Source of the DNA: Clostridiales bacterium
Lineage (GTDB): Bacteria > Bacillota > Clostridia > Christensenellales > Aristaeellaceae
Assembly: GCA_015056015.1 (NCBI GenBank)
Contig: SVHD01000005.1
Location: forward strand, 13,924-77,923
Direction: 5' to 3'
DNA: 64,000 nt
Shown here: positions 39,576 through 49,621 of the stretch, in pieces
Layout: each line of letters starts with the position of its first letter
Numbering within the stretch: position 1 is the first letter of the stretch
Notes under the pieces: model-generated
What the model saw: the letters and a program-made list of their open reading frames with translations, nothing else
What the model was told of the DNA's origin: nothing
The model's database searches: none
Position numbers and translations under genes: made by a program

Positions 39576-39648
39576 TTTTTCCCCCTGCGCGAATTTTTAC
39601 TTTGCGCATACTATAAAGAGAACCGGTTGAAATTATGGGAGGAAACCT

Positions 39649-40131
39649 ATGCTTTGCGAAGAATGCGGAAAACAACCCGCCGAAGTGGTATTGACCACCG
39701 TGGTGAACGGTCAATCCACCACCCGGCATTTATGCCGCGAATGCGTAAAAAAATATAAGGCCGGCGATATCCAGGCCGTTCTGGCCGCCGTCTTATCCAC
39801 CATGGCCCAGAAACAGCAAACCCCGGATATTACCTGCCCCAATTGCGGGGAAACCTATGCTGAATTCCAGAAATCAGGAATGCTGGGCTGCGCGGAATGC
39901 TATCAGGCCTTCCGCAAGGAATTGACCCCGCTGATCACCCGGGTGCAGGGCAGGGCCCAGCATGCAGGCCGCCGTCCCCCGGTCAGCGAAGAAGAGCAGG
40001 CAAGAATCAATGAAATGGAATCCCTGCGCGCCCGAATGGAAGCGGCGGTTGCGGAAGAAAATTTTGAAGAGGCGGCAAAGCTGCGGGACGCCCTGCGGGC
40101 CCTGACCCCCGCCAAGGAGGAAAAGGCATGA
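39649..40131 (+). CDS. mcsA: McsA (UvrB/UvrC-motif, zinc-finger activator of McsB)
   Basis: 160 aa with an N-terminal CxxC pair (MLCEECGKQPA...HLCRECV), CPNCG...GCAECY, and a C-terminal UVR motif (EENFEEAAKLRDAL). Confidence 0.9.
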   Translation: MLCEECGKQPAEVVLTTVVNGQSTTRHLCRECVKKYKAGDIQAVLAAVLSTMAQKQQTPDITCPNCGETYAEFQKSGMLGCAECYQAFRKELTPLITRVQGRAQHAGRRPPVSEEEQARINEMESLRARMEAAVAEENFEEAAKLRDALRALTPAKEEKA

Positions 40132-41117
40132 GCGGCATCGTTTTATCTTCCCGGGTGCGTCTGGCACGAAATTATACCGATCTTCCTTTCCGGGCCCATA
40201 TTTCCCGTGAGCAAAGCGAGGAATGCGTAAACCGCACCCTTTCCGCCCTGCGGGATTTACCCGAAAGCTATACCTATCTTCCCCTGCGCAGCGCCGATGA
40301 AACGGAGAAAAAAACGCTGGTGGAATCCCATCTGATCAGCCCCGATTTATTGACCAATCTTGAAAATGCGGCGGTTCTGATCCGGGGGGATAAAAAAATC
40401 TCCGTGATGATGAACGAAGAGGATCATCTGCGTATTCAGGCCTTTTCCCCCGGAGAAAATTTGAATGAAGCGGCGGAAAACGCCTTTTCCATTGATGATG
40501 AATTGCAGCGCCGCCTTTCCTTTGCTTTTGACGGGCAATTGGGGTATCTCACCGCCTGCCCCACCAATACCGGCACCGGCATGCGTGCCTCCATGATGCT
40601 GCATCTTCCCATGCTGACGCTGCTCAAGCAAATGGGCAAGGTAAATCAATTGGCAGCCAAGCTGGGGCTGACCATCCGCGGTATTTACGGCGAGGGCAGC
40701 GAAGCCCAGGGCAATCTGTATCAGCTGAGCAATCAGGTAACCCTGGGCCGCACCGAAAAGGAAATCGTGGAGGCGGTCACCGCGCTGGCTAGGCAGGTGG
40801 CGGAAATGGAAAGGGTATTCCGCCAGAAAACCCGGGATAAAGACGCCACCGCTTTTGAGGATCCCCTTTATCGGTCCTTTGGTCTTTTATCCCATGCCCG
40901 GCGCATGCCCCTGAAGGAATTTATGGTGCATTGGTCCAATCTGCGCCTGGGCGCTGCCATGGGCGTATTGCCCCTCTCCCCCGCCGCCTGCGATCAATTA
41001 TTGACCGCAGCCCAGCCCGGGCATGTGCAGAAAAAGGCCGGAAAAATTCTCATTCCCAAAGAACAGGATGAACAGCGCGCGATCATCATCCGCAGCGCGC
41101 TCAATGGAGGAAACTGA
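40128..41117 (+). CDS. mcsB: Protein-arginine kinase McsB
   Basis: 329 aa with an ATP:guanido phosphotransferase core (EEDHLRIQ, CPTNTGTGMRAS). It overlaps the mcsA stop. Confidence 0.95.
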   Translation: MSGIVLSSRVRLARNYTDLPFRAHISREQSEECVNRTLSALRDLPESYTYLPLRSADETEKKTLVESHLISPDLLTNLENAAVLIRGDKKISVMMNEEDHLRIQAFSPGENLNEAAENAFSIDDELQRRLSFAFDGQLGYLTACPTNTGTGMRASMMLHLPMLTLLKQMGKVNQLAAKLGLTIRGIYGEGSEAQGNLYQLSNQVTLGRTEKEIVEAVTALARQVAEMERVFRQKTRDKDATAFEDPLYRSFGLLSHARRMPLKEFMVHWSNLRLGAAMGVLPLSPAACDQLLTAAQPGHVQKKAGKILIPKEQDEQRAIIIRSALNGGN

Positions 41118-41119
41118 TC

Positions 41120-43537
41120 ATGGCGATCTTTGGCAGATTCAATGAACGGGCCCAGCGGGTCATCGGCGCCGCCCAGAAGGCGGCCATGGAACTGGGCCAT
41201 GCCTATGTTGGCAGCGAACATTTTTTGATCGGGCTTCTGAAGGAAGCAAGATCCGATGCGCAGGCCCTTCCCGATCAGGTAATCGCGGAAACGGTGATTG
41301 AGGCCGTCAAGCAATTGACCGGCACCGGGGATCATTCCCCCACCCAGCTGGAGCTTACCCCCCGGGTGAAAAAATTATTGGAAACCAGTATCCGGGAAGC
41401 CCAGCGGCTGGGCCAGCCCTATGTGACCGCCGGGCATTTCTGGCTGGCGCTTTTGCAGGATACGGAAAGCGTGGCCATGCAGGTGCTCACCAGCATGGGC
41501 TGCGATATTGAAAAGGTAAAGAAGAGCGTGCAGGAAGCCCTGGGCAAGGAACCCAAAGAAGCCTCCCAGCAGGCCGGAAACAGCCAGGAAAGCTGTCTGC
41601 AGAAATATGGCCGGGATCTGACCGAGGCCGCCGAAAAGGGCGAACTGGATCCCGTCATCGGCAGGGCCAATGAAATTGAGCGCATCGTGCAGATTTTATC
41701 CCGCCGCACGAAGAATAATCCCGTTTTGATCGGCGAACCCGGCGTTGGCAAATCCGCCGTGGCGGAAGGCCTGGCCCAGCGCATCATGCAGGGCAGCGTG
41801 CCGGAAACCCTGACGGATAAAAAAATCGTTTCTCTGGATATGGGCTCCATGGTGGCAGGCAGCAAATACCGGGGCGAATTTGAGGAACGGCTCAAGAATA
41901 CCCTGGATGAAGTGAAGCAGCGTGGGGATGTGATCCTCTTTATTGACGAGCTGCAGAATATCATCGGCGCCGGCAAGGCCGAAGGCAGTATGGACGCCGC
42001 CAATATTCTAAAGCCCGCTTTGGCCAGAGGCGAAATGCAATGCATCGGCGCCACCACCCTGGATGAATACCGCAAGCATATTGAAAAGGATGCCGCCCTG
42101 GCGCGCCGCTTCCAGCCGGTAACGGTGAATGAGCCCAGCGAAGAAGAAACCCTGGCCATCATGAAGGGCCTTCGGGATAAATACGAAGCCCATCACAAGG
42201 TACGTATTACCGATGAAGCGCTGGAAGCAGCGGTAAAGCTTTCTTCCCGCTATATCGCCGATCGTTTCCAGCCCGATAAGGCCATCGATCTGATGGATGA
42301 GGCCGCGTCCCGGGTGCGTATTCAATCCTTCACCGCCCCGCCGGATGTGAAGGCCCAGGAAAAGAAGCTGGAAGGGGTGCTTCGGGAAAAGCGGGAGGCC
42401 ATTGATAAGCAGGATTATGAAAAGGCCGCCGCCCTCCGGGATGAAGAGCATGCCCTCCGCGCCGAAATTGATGAAAAGCGCGCCGCCTGGGAAAAGCTGA
42501 AATCCGCCGCCAAGGATACCGTGGGGGAAGAGGATATTGCCCAGGTGGTAGCCGGCTGGACCGGTATTCCCGTGAAAAAAATGACCGAAGAAGAATCCAG
42601 CCGCCTGCTGCAGTTGGAATCCCTTTTGCATAACCGGGTGGTGGGCCAGGAAGAGGCGGTATCCGCCGTCAGCCGGGCCATCCGCCGGGCACGGGCCGGG
42701 CTCAAGGATCCCAAGCGCCCCATCGGCAGCTTCATTTTCCTGGGGCCCACCGGCGTTGGCAAGACGGAGCTTTGCCGGGCTCTTGGCGAAGCCATGTTCG
42801 GGGATGAAAATTCCCTGATCCGCCTGGATATGAGCGAATACATGGAAAAGCATACGGTATCCCGGATGGTAGGCTCCCCTCCCGGCTATGTGGGCTTTGA
42901 CGAGGGCGGCCAGCTCACCGAGGCCGTGCGCCGCAAGCCCTATTCCGTGGTGCTCTTTGATGAAATCGAAAAGGCTCATCCCGATGTTTTCAATATGCTG
43001 CTGCAAATTCTGGAGGATGGCCGGCTCACCGATAATATGGGCCGGGTGGTCAGCTTCAAAAACTGCATCATCGTTATGACCAGCAATGCCGGCGCCCAAT
43101 CCGCCCAGCGGGGCGGTATGGGCTTTGGCGCAGGCCGTGACAGCGCCATGGATTACGAACGGATGCGGGAAAAGGTGCTTTCCGATATCAAGAATGTTTT
43201 CCGCCCCGAATTCCTCAATCGTGTGGATGAAACCATCGTATTCCATAAGCTGGAGCAAAAGGATATCGAAAAAATCGCCGCCCTGATGCTGTCCCAGGTG
43301 GCGGCACGGCTGAAGGAACGGGATATTTCCCTTTCCTACGGCGAGGATGTGGTGGCCCATCTGGCCCAGGCAGGCTTTGATGATCAGTACGGCGCCCGCC
43401 CCCTGCGCCGGGTGATTCAGCGAACCATCGAGGATTCCCTCTCCGAAAAGCTCATCGCCGGAGAAATCCATCTGGGGGATCAATTGATGATGCGCATGGA
43501 AAATGATCAGATTCAATTTGATAAGCAAAACGATTGA
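41120..43537 (+). CDS. clpC: ATP-dependent Clp protease ATP-binding subunit ClpC
   Basis: 805 aa with Clp_N repeats, two AAA+ modules ([18 protein letters not shown]) and a UVR linker. Confidence 0.97.
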   Translation: MAIFGRFNERAQRVIGAAQKAAMELGHAYVGSEHFLIGLLKEARSDAQALPDQVIAETVIEAVKQLTGTGDHSPTQLELTPRVKKLLETSIREAQRLGQPYVTAGHFWLALLQDTESVAMQVLTSMGCDIEKVKKSVQEALGKEPKEASQQAGNSQESCLQKYGRDLTEAAEKGELDPVIGRANEIERIVQILSRRTKNNPVLIGEPGVGKSAVAEGLAQRIMQGSVPETLTDKKIVSLDMGSMVAGSKYRGEFEERLKNTLDEVKQRGDVILFIDELQNIIGAGKAEGSMDAANILKPALARGEMQCIGATTLDEYRKHIEKDAALARRFQPVTVNEPSEEETLAIMKGLRDKYEAHHKVRITDEALEAAVKLSSRYIADRFQPDKAIDLMDEAASRVRIQSFTAPPDVKAQEKKLEGVLREKREAIDKQDYEKAAALRDEEHALRAEIDEKRAAWEKLKSAAKDTVGEEDIAQVVAGWTGIPVKKMTEEESSRLLQLESLLHNRVVGQEEAVSAVSRAIRRARAGLKDPKRPIGSFIFLGPTGVGKTELCRALGEAMFGDENSLIRLDMSEYMEKHTVSRMVGSPPGYVGFDEGGQLTEAVRRKPYSVVLFDEIEKAHPDVFNMLLQILEDGRLTDNMGRVVSFKNCIIVMTSNAGAQSAQRGGMGFGAGRDSAMDYERMREKVLSDIKNVFRPEFLNRVDETIVFHKLEQKDIEKIAALMLSQVAARLKERDISLSYGEDVVAHLAQAGFDDQYGARPLRRVIQRTIEDSLSEKLIAGEIHLGDQLMMRMENDQIQFDKQND

Positions 43538-43550
43538 TTCCAAAACAATC

Positions 43551-43588
43551 AAAAGGATTGACGGTGTTATTCCCGTCAATCCTTTTTT
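43551..43588 (+). terminator. Intrinsic terminator after clpC
   Basis: aaaAGGATTGACGG-tgttattc-CCGTCAATCCTttttt. Confidence 0.85.
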
Positions 43589-43665
43589 CATGATGGCAAT
43601 AAAAAATCCCCCACTGATCCGGGAGACATTGCAATTTAAAAATGGACAAGAAGTATTCCCAATTG

Positions 43666-43720
43666 CTTTCTTGGAGGGGCGCGGGGAGGGGTTCTTTGGC
43701 ATCAAAGAACCTCTCCCCGC
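43666..43720 (-). repeat. Intergenic hairpin-plus-tail repeat, copy B (inverted orientation)
   Basis: ctttcttggaggggc-gcggggaggggttctttg-gcat-caaagaacctctccccgc. It has the same core (TTCTTTG-N4-CAAAGAA flanked by G/C-rich arms) and the CTTTCTTGGAgGGG tail seen in the other copies. Confidence 0.8.
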
Positions 43721-43743
43721 AAAAACTCCAATATGCTTTCCTA

Positions 43744-44709
43744 TCAGGCCTTGCCGTTGCAGCCCAGCACGTCCACCAGCTTGTGGCGAACCATTTCCTT
43801 GAGGGAAGCGCGGGCGTCGGTGAGATACTGACGGGGGTCGAAATGATCGGGATGATCATTGAAGTGCTTGCGCAGCATGGCGGTGAAGGCCAGGCGCAGG
43901 TCGCTGTCGATATTGATCTTGCAAACGGCCATGGAGGCAGCCTTGCGCAGCTGTTCTTCGGGGATGCCCACGGCATCAGGCAGCTGACCGCCGTTTTCGT
44001 TGATGATCTTCACGAATTCCTGGGGCACGGAGGAAGCGCCGTGGAGCACGATGGGGAAGCCGGGCAGACGCTTGGATACTTCTTCCAGGATGTCAAAGCG
44101 CAGGGGCGGGGGCACCAGGATGCCTTCCGCATTGCGAGTGCACTGAGCAGCAGTGAATTTGTAAGCGCCGTGGCTGGTGCCGATGGCGATGGCCAGGGAG
44201 TCGCAGCCGGTGCGGGTGGCGAATTCTTCCACTTCTTCGGGGCGGGTGTAGCTGGAATCTTCGGCGGAAACCTTCACATCGTCTTCCACGCCGGCCAGAC
44301 GGCCCAGTTCGCCTTCAACGGTGACGCCGCGATCATGCGCATAATCAACGACCTTCTTGGTAAGCGCGATGTTTTCTTCGAAAGACAGATGGCTGCCGTC
44401 GATCATAACGGAAGAGAAGCCGCCGTCGATGCAGGCCTTGCAGGTTTCAAAATCGGGGCCGTGATCCAGATGCAGCACGATGGGCAGATCGGTTTCCTTG
44501 ATGGCCGCTTCCACCAGCTTCACCAGATAGGTATGATTGGCATAGGCGCGGGCGCCCTTGGAAACCTGCAGAATCACAGGCGCATTTTCCATCTTCGCCG
44601 CTTCGGTAATGCCCTGCACGATTTCCATGTTATTTACATTGAACGCGCCGATGGCATAGCCGCCTTCATAAGCCTTTTTGAACATTTCTTTGGAATTTAC
44701 CAATGGCAT
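43744..44709 (-). CDS. fba: Class II fructose-1,6-bisphosphate aldolase
   Basis: 321 aa with MPLVNSKEMFKKAYEGGYAIGAFNVNNME...HLDHG... Confidence 0.95.
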   Translation of the reverse strand: MPLVNSKEMFKKAYEGGYAIGAFNVNNMEIVQGITEAAKMENAPVILQVSKGARAYANHTYLVKLVEAAIKETDLPIVLHLDHGPDFETCKACIDGGFSSVMIDGSHLSFEENIALTKKVVDYAHDRGVTVEGELGRLAGVEDDVKVSAEDSSYTRPEEVEEFATRTGCDSLAIAIGTSHGAYKFTAAQCTRNAEGILVPPPLRFDILEEVSKRLPGFPIVLHGASSVPQEFVKIINENGGQLPDAVGIPEEQLRKAASMAVCKINIDSDLRLAFTAMLRKHFNDHPDHFDPRQYLTDARASLKEMVRHKLVDVLGCNGKA

Positions 44710-44815
44710 AATTTCATCCTCCTTAGAATGCTATCCAATTTATTATACATGAATTTTTCTTTTTTGAATAGTCCCCGGGCAGGAATTATCCCGCCGATTC
44801 ATACAAATTCTCTTG

Positions 44816-46411
44816 TTACCACCAGGAATCATATTGTACGACAAGGGTATAGACATATTGCACCCTCATTCTGGGAATGGCGGGCTCGGTCTGGGTGGGC
44901 TCAATGATTTCCCCCATCACATAATAATTCCCGCCGCCGGCCACGCTGTCCTGATAGTATTCCTCAAATACCAACTGAATGGGATAATAGGTGACGTTTT
45001 TCTCTTCATCTTCCTTCCAGAAATAGTGCAGGCAGGTGATATAGCCATTTTCGTAGACGTAATCCTGGGTATAGGGGCTATCCTCATTGATTTCCAATTG
45101 ATAACGCAAACCCATATAATCCCCTGGATTGGCGTTCATATCCACAATCACGTCTTTGAGTGGTTTTTCCGCCAGGGTTTTGCGATACCGGTTCATTCCG
45201 ATCTCCCAATCCTCCTCAGTATAGTCCGGGGTAAAGGTGGTAAGAACGGTGCAATCCTCCAGGCCCTCCTGGGAAGCCACAATCTTCAGATCGTAGGTTT
45301 CCCAATCGGCAGCCTCGATGGTGTAGGAGAATTTTCCTTGATCATCAACCTTTACATCAATGATTTCGCCCTCATCCAATTGCAGGGTGATTTTGCCTTC
45401 CGGGCTCGTCCAGCCCGATACCTTCATATCGTTTCTGTCCGTATTCTGATAAGGGAACTGGGAAAGCACCAATTCCGCCATCTGGGAATTGACCGTGTAT
45501 TCCAATTGCATGACGGCGTCCAGACGATCCTTTTTCTGCGCCGTGAGGGTGATCAGATTGCTTCCCTCCGCAAGTTCCACAGTGGCCTCATAGGCCAGGG
45601 ATTCCACTTTGGCCTGGGTGATTACCCCATCCGTATCTGCAGTGATTTTGGCATTGCCCTCCGTCATCCCCTGAATTTTGTATGCCCCGGGATGCAGATT
45701 GAACACATGATTCTCTTCCATGGGCATCAGATCCGTCATATGGGTGGATTTGGCCAGGGCCTTATCATCCCGGCGGAAAGCATTTTCCCGCAAAAGCCCG
45801 TTGCCCACAATATCGTATACCCCATCCTGCCAATGCTTTTCGCTGGAAGCCGGGGCATTATCGCAATAGATCAGCATATAGAATTTCCCGTTGTAGGCAT
45901 GCAGGGCAAAGCGGCCCGATTCATAGGCATAGGGCGGATAGGCAATCAGCTTTCCCGTAATGGCACGATCATAGATTCTGGCGTCCAGGTTAAACAGATG
46001 ATAGCGATCGGAAAGCCAGCCATTATCTTCCAGATATTTGGGAAGGCGCTTGAAGGGGCCATCCATCATGGTAACGGTATCCCAGGCAAAATGGCTCCAT
46101 TCATCCTCATAAATTTCCAGCCGCAGCCGCCCGGGCAGATCCTCCCGGTAAGCCTCCCAGACCACCGCTTCATTGGCAAAGCGCATGCGCACGTCCTTTT
46201 CGCTGTCCCCGCCTGCGGTGCAAATATCCATCATTTCATCCAGATTTTCCCGGGTGACAAAGGTATATTTTTCATTCTTCGGCAAATAAACAGAGCAGCC
46301 TTCCCCTTCAACGGGCAGCCAGCTGCTGCCGGATGCCGAGGCCAGCGCAGATAAAGGCAAACAAAGCAAAAGCAGCAAAAATGCCATTCCCCGCCATTTT
46401 CCCGTTTTCAT
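44816..46411 (-). CDS. Large secreted protein of unknown function (signal peptide, probable Ig-like beta domains), last gene of the GT-C/GtrA operon
   Basis: I chose the start at ATG 46411 (MKTGKWRGMAFLLLLLCLPLSALASA) with GGAGG 9 nt upstream, inside the end of gtrA. It has beta-rich segments such as GKITLQLDEGEIIDVKVDDQGKFSYTIEA. I recognise no catalytic motif. Confidence 0.75.
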   Translation of the reverse strand: MKTGKWRGMAFLLLLLCLPLSALASASGSSWLPVEGEGCSVYLPKNEKYTFVTRENLDEMMDICTAGGDSEKDVRMRFANEAVVWEAYREDLPGRLRLEIYEDEWSHFAWDTVTMMDGPFKRLPKYLEDNGWLSDRYHLFNLDARIYDRAITGKLIAYPPYAYESGRFALHAYNGKFYMLIYCDNAPASSEKHWQDGVYDIVGNGLLRENAFRRDDKALAKSTHMTDLMPMEENHVFNLHPGAYKIQGMTEGNAKITADTDGVITQAKVESLAYEATVELAEGSNLITLTAQKKDRLDAVMQLEYTVNSQMAELVLSQFPYQNTDRNDMKVSGWTSPEGKITLQLDEGEIIDVKVDDQGKFSYTIEAADWETYDLKIVASQEGLEDCTVLTTFTPDYTEEDWEIGMNRYRKTLAEKPLKDVIVDMNANPGDYMGLRYQLEINEDSPYTQDYVYENGYITCLHYFWKEDEEKNVTYYPIQLVFEEYYQDSVAGGGNYYVMGEIIEPTQTEPAIPRMRVQYVYTLVVQYDSWW

Positions 46412-46415
46412 CGGC

Positions 46416-46895
46416 TTATTCCTCCTTCTTTTTTCTGAACACCACAAACCGGCTGGCCACATAATTAAAAATCACCACCAGCACATTCATCAAAAGTTTA
46501 TCCCATTTATCATTCATGCCCAGCAGCAAAAGCCCATTGAACAGCAGCAGATCAAAAATCACAAGGGATGCCACCCGGGCAGAAACGAAAAGGAAGAATT
46601 CCTTCCACGCCCCGTTTTTCACCCCGGCCTCGCTCTGGAACACGAATTTTTTATTGGTGGCATAGGCAAAGAGCACCGAGATAATCCAGCCCAGAATCTG
46701 GCCCGCATTGGAAATCAGCACAAATTTTGCGCTGCCCTCCGGCAGGGAATTCATACCAAGCAGCCCGGTTACCGCCAGATAGACCACCCAGTTCACCGCC
46801 GTGGTAAGCACGCCAAAGACCACATACAAAATCAATTCCCGCATTTTTTCCTTATCCTGCAAAAGGGCCTTGATTTTATTCAGAATCGCTTTCAT
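46416..46895 (-). CDS. GtrA-family membrane protein (polyisoprenyl-phosphate-sugar flippase-like)
   Basis: About 159 aa with 4 TM segments: ...MRELILYVVFGVLTTAVNWVVYL...YATNKKFVF...FVSARVASLVIFDLLL..FNYVASRFVVFRK. The start at 46895 has GGAGGA 5 nt upstream; an alternative start is at 46916. Confidence 0.85.
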   Translation of the reverse strand: MKAILNKIKALLQDKEKMRELILYVVFGVLTTAVNWVVYLAVTGLLGMNSLPEGSAKFVLISNAGQILGWIISVLFAYATNKKFVFQSEAGVKNGAWKEFFLFVSARVASLVIFDLLLFNGLLLLGMNDKWDKLLMNVLVVIFNYVASRFVVFRKKKEE

Positions 46896-47133
46896 TTTTT
46901 TCCTCCATTGCTGCATATTTCAGGGTATCCCCGTCATCCCCCCGGGCATAGGAAGCGGAAAGAATCTGGGATATGGGAAGCACCAGCGGCTTTTTCCGTC
47001 CTGCCGTCAGATAGGCCACCTGATCATCCGAAAGATCAATGACGGTGATATTTTTATATTTCATTTCTTCCATCAGCAATACCTTCACCGGCCGATTATG
47101 CGCCAGGGAATAGGCAAGAAACCGCCGGACCAT
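46876..47133 (-). CDS. Small (85 aa) soluble protein of unknown function
   Basis: The ATG at 47133 directly abuts the TAA of the upstream gene, with GGAGG 8 nt upstream. The sequence is MVRRFLAYSLAHNRPVKVLLMEE...ASYARGDDGDTLKY. I recognise no family. Confidence 0.6.
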   Translation of the reverse strand: MVRRFLAYSLAHNRPVKVLLMEEMKYKNITVIDLSDDQVAYLTAGRKKPLVLPISQILSASYARGDDGDTLKYAAMEEKNESDSE

Positions 47134-49179
47134 TTATTTCCCCTCCTGCGGCACTTGATAGATCAGAATATTTTCCCATTCGCTTTCATATACCAGATCA
47201 AAATTCTGATCCAGGGCAGCCGTGTCTACAGTCAGATTATAGCGCTCGTTGCCGCCCACCAGAATATAATCCACTCCGTATTTTTCCAGCACGGAAAGAT
47301 TGCCCATGGGATCGGCATAGAAGGCGCGGATTTCCGCCTGGCGCTGCCAGGTATTAAAGCCGTGATAATACAGCCAGGTATCCGGCCCGCAGATGATCTT
47401 GCGCCCTGCCAGACTGCTGACAAAATTGATATGCTGGGTCCAGGTCATGAAGGTGGCGTCGGAGGCGGTGTTTTCCTCCACAAATTCCGCCGCTTGCGCC
47501 TCTTCTTTGGAAAACATCTGCCAATCGCTGTTGCATTCATGGACGATGGACAGGGCGCCGGTAAAGAAGCAAAGGAAGGCGCAAAGCACCGCAATCACCG
47601 GCTTTGCCCGCATGCCGCTCAGTTTCCCCAGCAGTTCCAATCCATAATCCGCCGCCAGCACGGCGCAGATCATATACCACACATAGAACAGCTTATTATT
47701 ATCATAGGCATTGGGCTGAAACTGGATAAATTCTGCCGCCAGATAAATGACGAATGCGCCGGAAGCCAGGAAACGCCGCTTTTCATTCTTTTCCAGCAGG
47801 GAAAGCAGAATCAGCAGGAAGGGCAGCCCGATATTTTTCAGATAGAACCAGAAATAGCCATCCAGCATGCCCTGGCTGCCATTGACCCAGTTAAACTGGA
47901 ATTTGAGGAAGCTTTCATTGCCCACTGCCTGATGGAAGGTCCAGGTGAAAAGCTGGGGCGCCGCCAGCAGCACGGCCAAGCCCCCGTAAATTCCCCAGAA
48001 AACCAGGGCCTGCCAGCGATTTCCACGGCTGCGGATCAGATCATAGATCATCCATCCAATGCTTAGCAGCCCCAGGGCCAGGAAGCAATGGGTATTGATC
48101 ATGGGCAGCGCCCCAGCCATGACCCCCAACACAATCCCCTGACGATAAGGGATTTCCCTGCGCATAAATACCGCCACGGGGCCATCCGATGCGGCGGGCA
48201 GATTTTCCGGCAGATAACCTTCCGGTCGTACCCCGTCATAGAGCAGATACAGACAGGGCAGCAGCATGCACCAGCCGCCCAGCGTCGTCCGCTGGGGCAC
48301 CATCATATCAACAATCACATTGCTCCAGCGCAGATTATAGGTGGTAAATTCCGCATGGTTGGCCGGGGTCTGATACCAGCTGCCGCCGCCCACCACCATG
48401 GAAAGGCGATCCCATAATCCGGCCAGGCTCTGCAATTCATTTTCCCCGGCTTTCCCCAGGGAAACGCCCTGCATATCAAACAGATAAAAGAAGCCCAGCC
48501 CGCCATTGATAAAGAAAAACAGGGTGGCCAGCACCGCGCCTTTGCGGCTGTCTGCCATGCGCTCCGCCAGAATCAGATACCCGGAAAAAACCAGCGCCAT
48601 CATCCAGATACCGGGGAAAACCACCGAAGCACGCAGGGACAACCCCAGCAGCATCAAACTGGTGGAAAAAGAATCCACCAGGAAGGGATAGGAAAGCAAT
48701 TCGCCGGGATAAATGCTGTAATCAGCAGGAAAGGGAGCATTGCGCAAGCTGGTAATGATGGATAAATGCAGGGGCAAATCCCCATAAGTGCTCTGCCCCA
48801 CATGCAAAGCCCCATTGTTTACCGGCATGATATTATGGGTCCACTGCAAAAAGCCGCCCACAATGGATAAGGGAAGCGCGGTAAACAGCAATAATTTCAG
48901 CAGCCGCTGCTCCCGTTCATCCAGCCCCTTCCTTTCCCGTTTGTCCCGGAAATAAAAGGCGCCGCCGGTCATCAACGCCAGCGGAATCAGGGCCAGCAGA
49001 TGCGCCGGCACGGAAAAATTCACCAGGAACGCAAAAATGGCCGGCAGCCACATCATCAGGATCATGCCCAAACAAAGGCCGATCCACAGCCGCGCCGTAA
49101 ACCGCACCCGGGGCAACAGAAAATATGCAACGGCAGAACCGCAAAATTCAAACAAAAGAAAATACCCGATTGCCAGCAT
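47134..49179 (-). CDS. Large polytopic membrane protein, GT-C-fold glycosyltransferase-like (YfhO/PMT/ArnT-like; family not resolved)
   Basis: About 681 aa with at least 12 predicted hydrophobic segments and a soluble C-terminal about 130 aa. The start at 49179 has GGAGGG 7 nt upstream. A TATAAT at 49213..49218 makes the track start at 49209 unlikely. The functional call rests on architecture and gtrA linkage only. Confidence 0.55.
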   Translation of the reverse strand: MLAIGYFLLFEFCGSAVAYFLLPRVRFTARLWIGLCLGMILMMWLPAIFAFLVNFSVPAHLLALIPLALMTGGAFYFRDKRERKGLDEREQRLLKLLLFTALPLSIVGGFLQWTHNIMPVNNGALHVGQSTYGDLPLHLSIITSLRNAPFPADYSIYPGELLSYPFLVDSFSTSLMLLGLSLRASVVFPGIWMMALVFSGYLILAERMADSRKGAVLATLFFFINGGLGFFYLFDMQGVSLGKAGENELQSLAGLWDRLSMVVGGGSWYQTPANHAEFTTYNLRWSNVIVDMMVPQRTTLGGWCMLLPCLYLLYDGVRPEGYLPENLPAASDGPVAVFMRREIPYRQGIVLGVMAGALPMINTHCFLALGLLSIGWMIYDLIRSRGNRWQALVFWGIYGGLAVLLAAPQLFTWTFHQAVGNESFLKFQFNWVNGSQGMLDGYFWFYLKNIGLPFLLILLSLLEKNEKRRFLASGAFVIYLAAEFIQFQPNAYDNNKLFYVWYMICAVLAADYGLELLGKLSGMRAKPVIAVLCAFLCFFTGALSIVHECNSDWQMFSKEEAQAAEFVEENTASDATFMTWTQHINFVSSLAGRKIICGPDTWLYYHGFNTWQRQAEIRAFYADPMGNLSVLEKYGVDYILVGGNERYNLTVDTAALDQNFDLVYESEWENILIYQVPQEGK

Positions 49180-49329
49180 ACAGGGCCCTCCAAGCAGTAT
49201 TTTTCCCATTTATTATACGGCAATCCATGGAAAAAGGCAAACGCCCGCTTCCATATTCCCGCAATATTTACAGTTTGTTTTCCTTGTGCTATAATATACG
49301 AAGCTTATTTGGAAAAAGAGGTGCTTTTC

Positions 49330-49545
49330 ATGCGCTGTGGCTGCCCCAATTGCGATACCGATTCCTTTATGATTCATTCCGAGCGGGATAACGCCTGCGT
49401 TTGCCCCAATTGCCTGTATCGCTGCTATGCCTGTCAGGGAACGGGTACCGCGTTAAGCCTGGAGCAGGTGCAGGCCATGAAGCGCGCCGCCCAGCCCCAG
49501 ACCCTGGAAGAAAGAATGCAGGAAGAAAAGAAACGGCAAGGGTAA
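49330..49545 (+). CDS. Small Cys-rich (zinc-ribbon-like) protein, 71 aa
   Basis: MRCGCPNCDTDSFMIHSERDNACVCPNCLYRCYACQGTG... carries a duplicated CxCPNC motif plus CxxC. The RBS AAAGAGGTG lies 5 nt upstream of the ATG at 49330. The track ORF starting at 49000 is mostly antisense to the membrane gene. Confidence 0.6.
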   Translation: MRCGCPNCDTDSFMIHSERDNACVCPNCLYRCYACQGTGTALSLEQVQAMKRAAQPQTLEERMQEEKKRQG

Positions 49546-49563
49546 TTTTTTTCGAGGAATATT

Positions 49564-49621
49564 ACGGGAGGGGGATTCTTTGTGGCCAAAGAATCCCCCT
49601 CCCGTACCCTCCCCAAGAAAG
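49564..49621 (+). repeat. Intergenic hairpin-plus-tail repeat, copy C
   Basis: acgggagggggattctttg-tggc-caaagaatccccctcccgt followed by accctccccaagaaag. Confidence 0.8.

Noticed and set aside
42008-43705. 565-aa minus ORF antisense to clpC; also 43642..44907 and 44813..46354 (+), antisense to fba and to the secreted protein
   Set aside because: They are antisense to well-supported genes and have shadow-ORF composition.
46801-48066. 421-aa + ORF; also 50223..51494 (+), 52651..53664 (-), 54786..55814 (+) and 56823..57845 (-)
   Set aside because: All are antisense to genes with clear signatures or topology: the GT-C-like membrane protein, the S41 peptidase, the lipid kinase, proA and the anti-sigma factor. 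All have the same biased composition.
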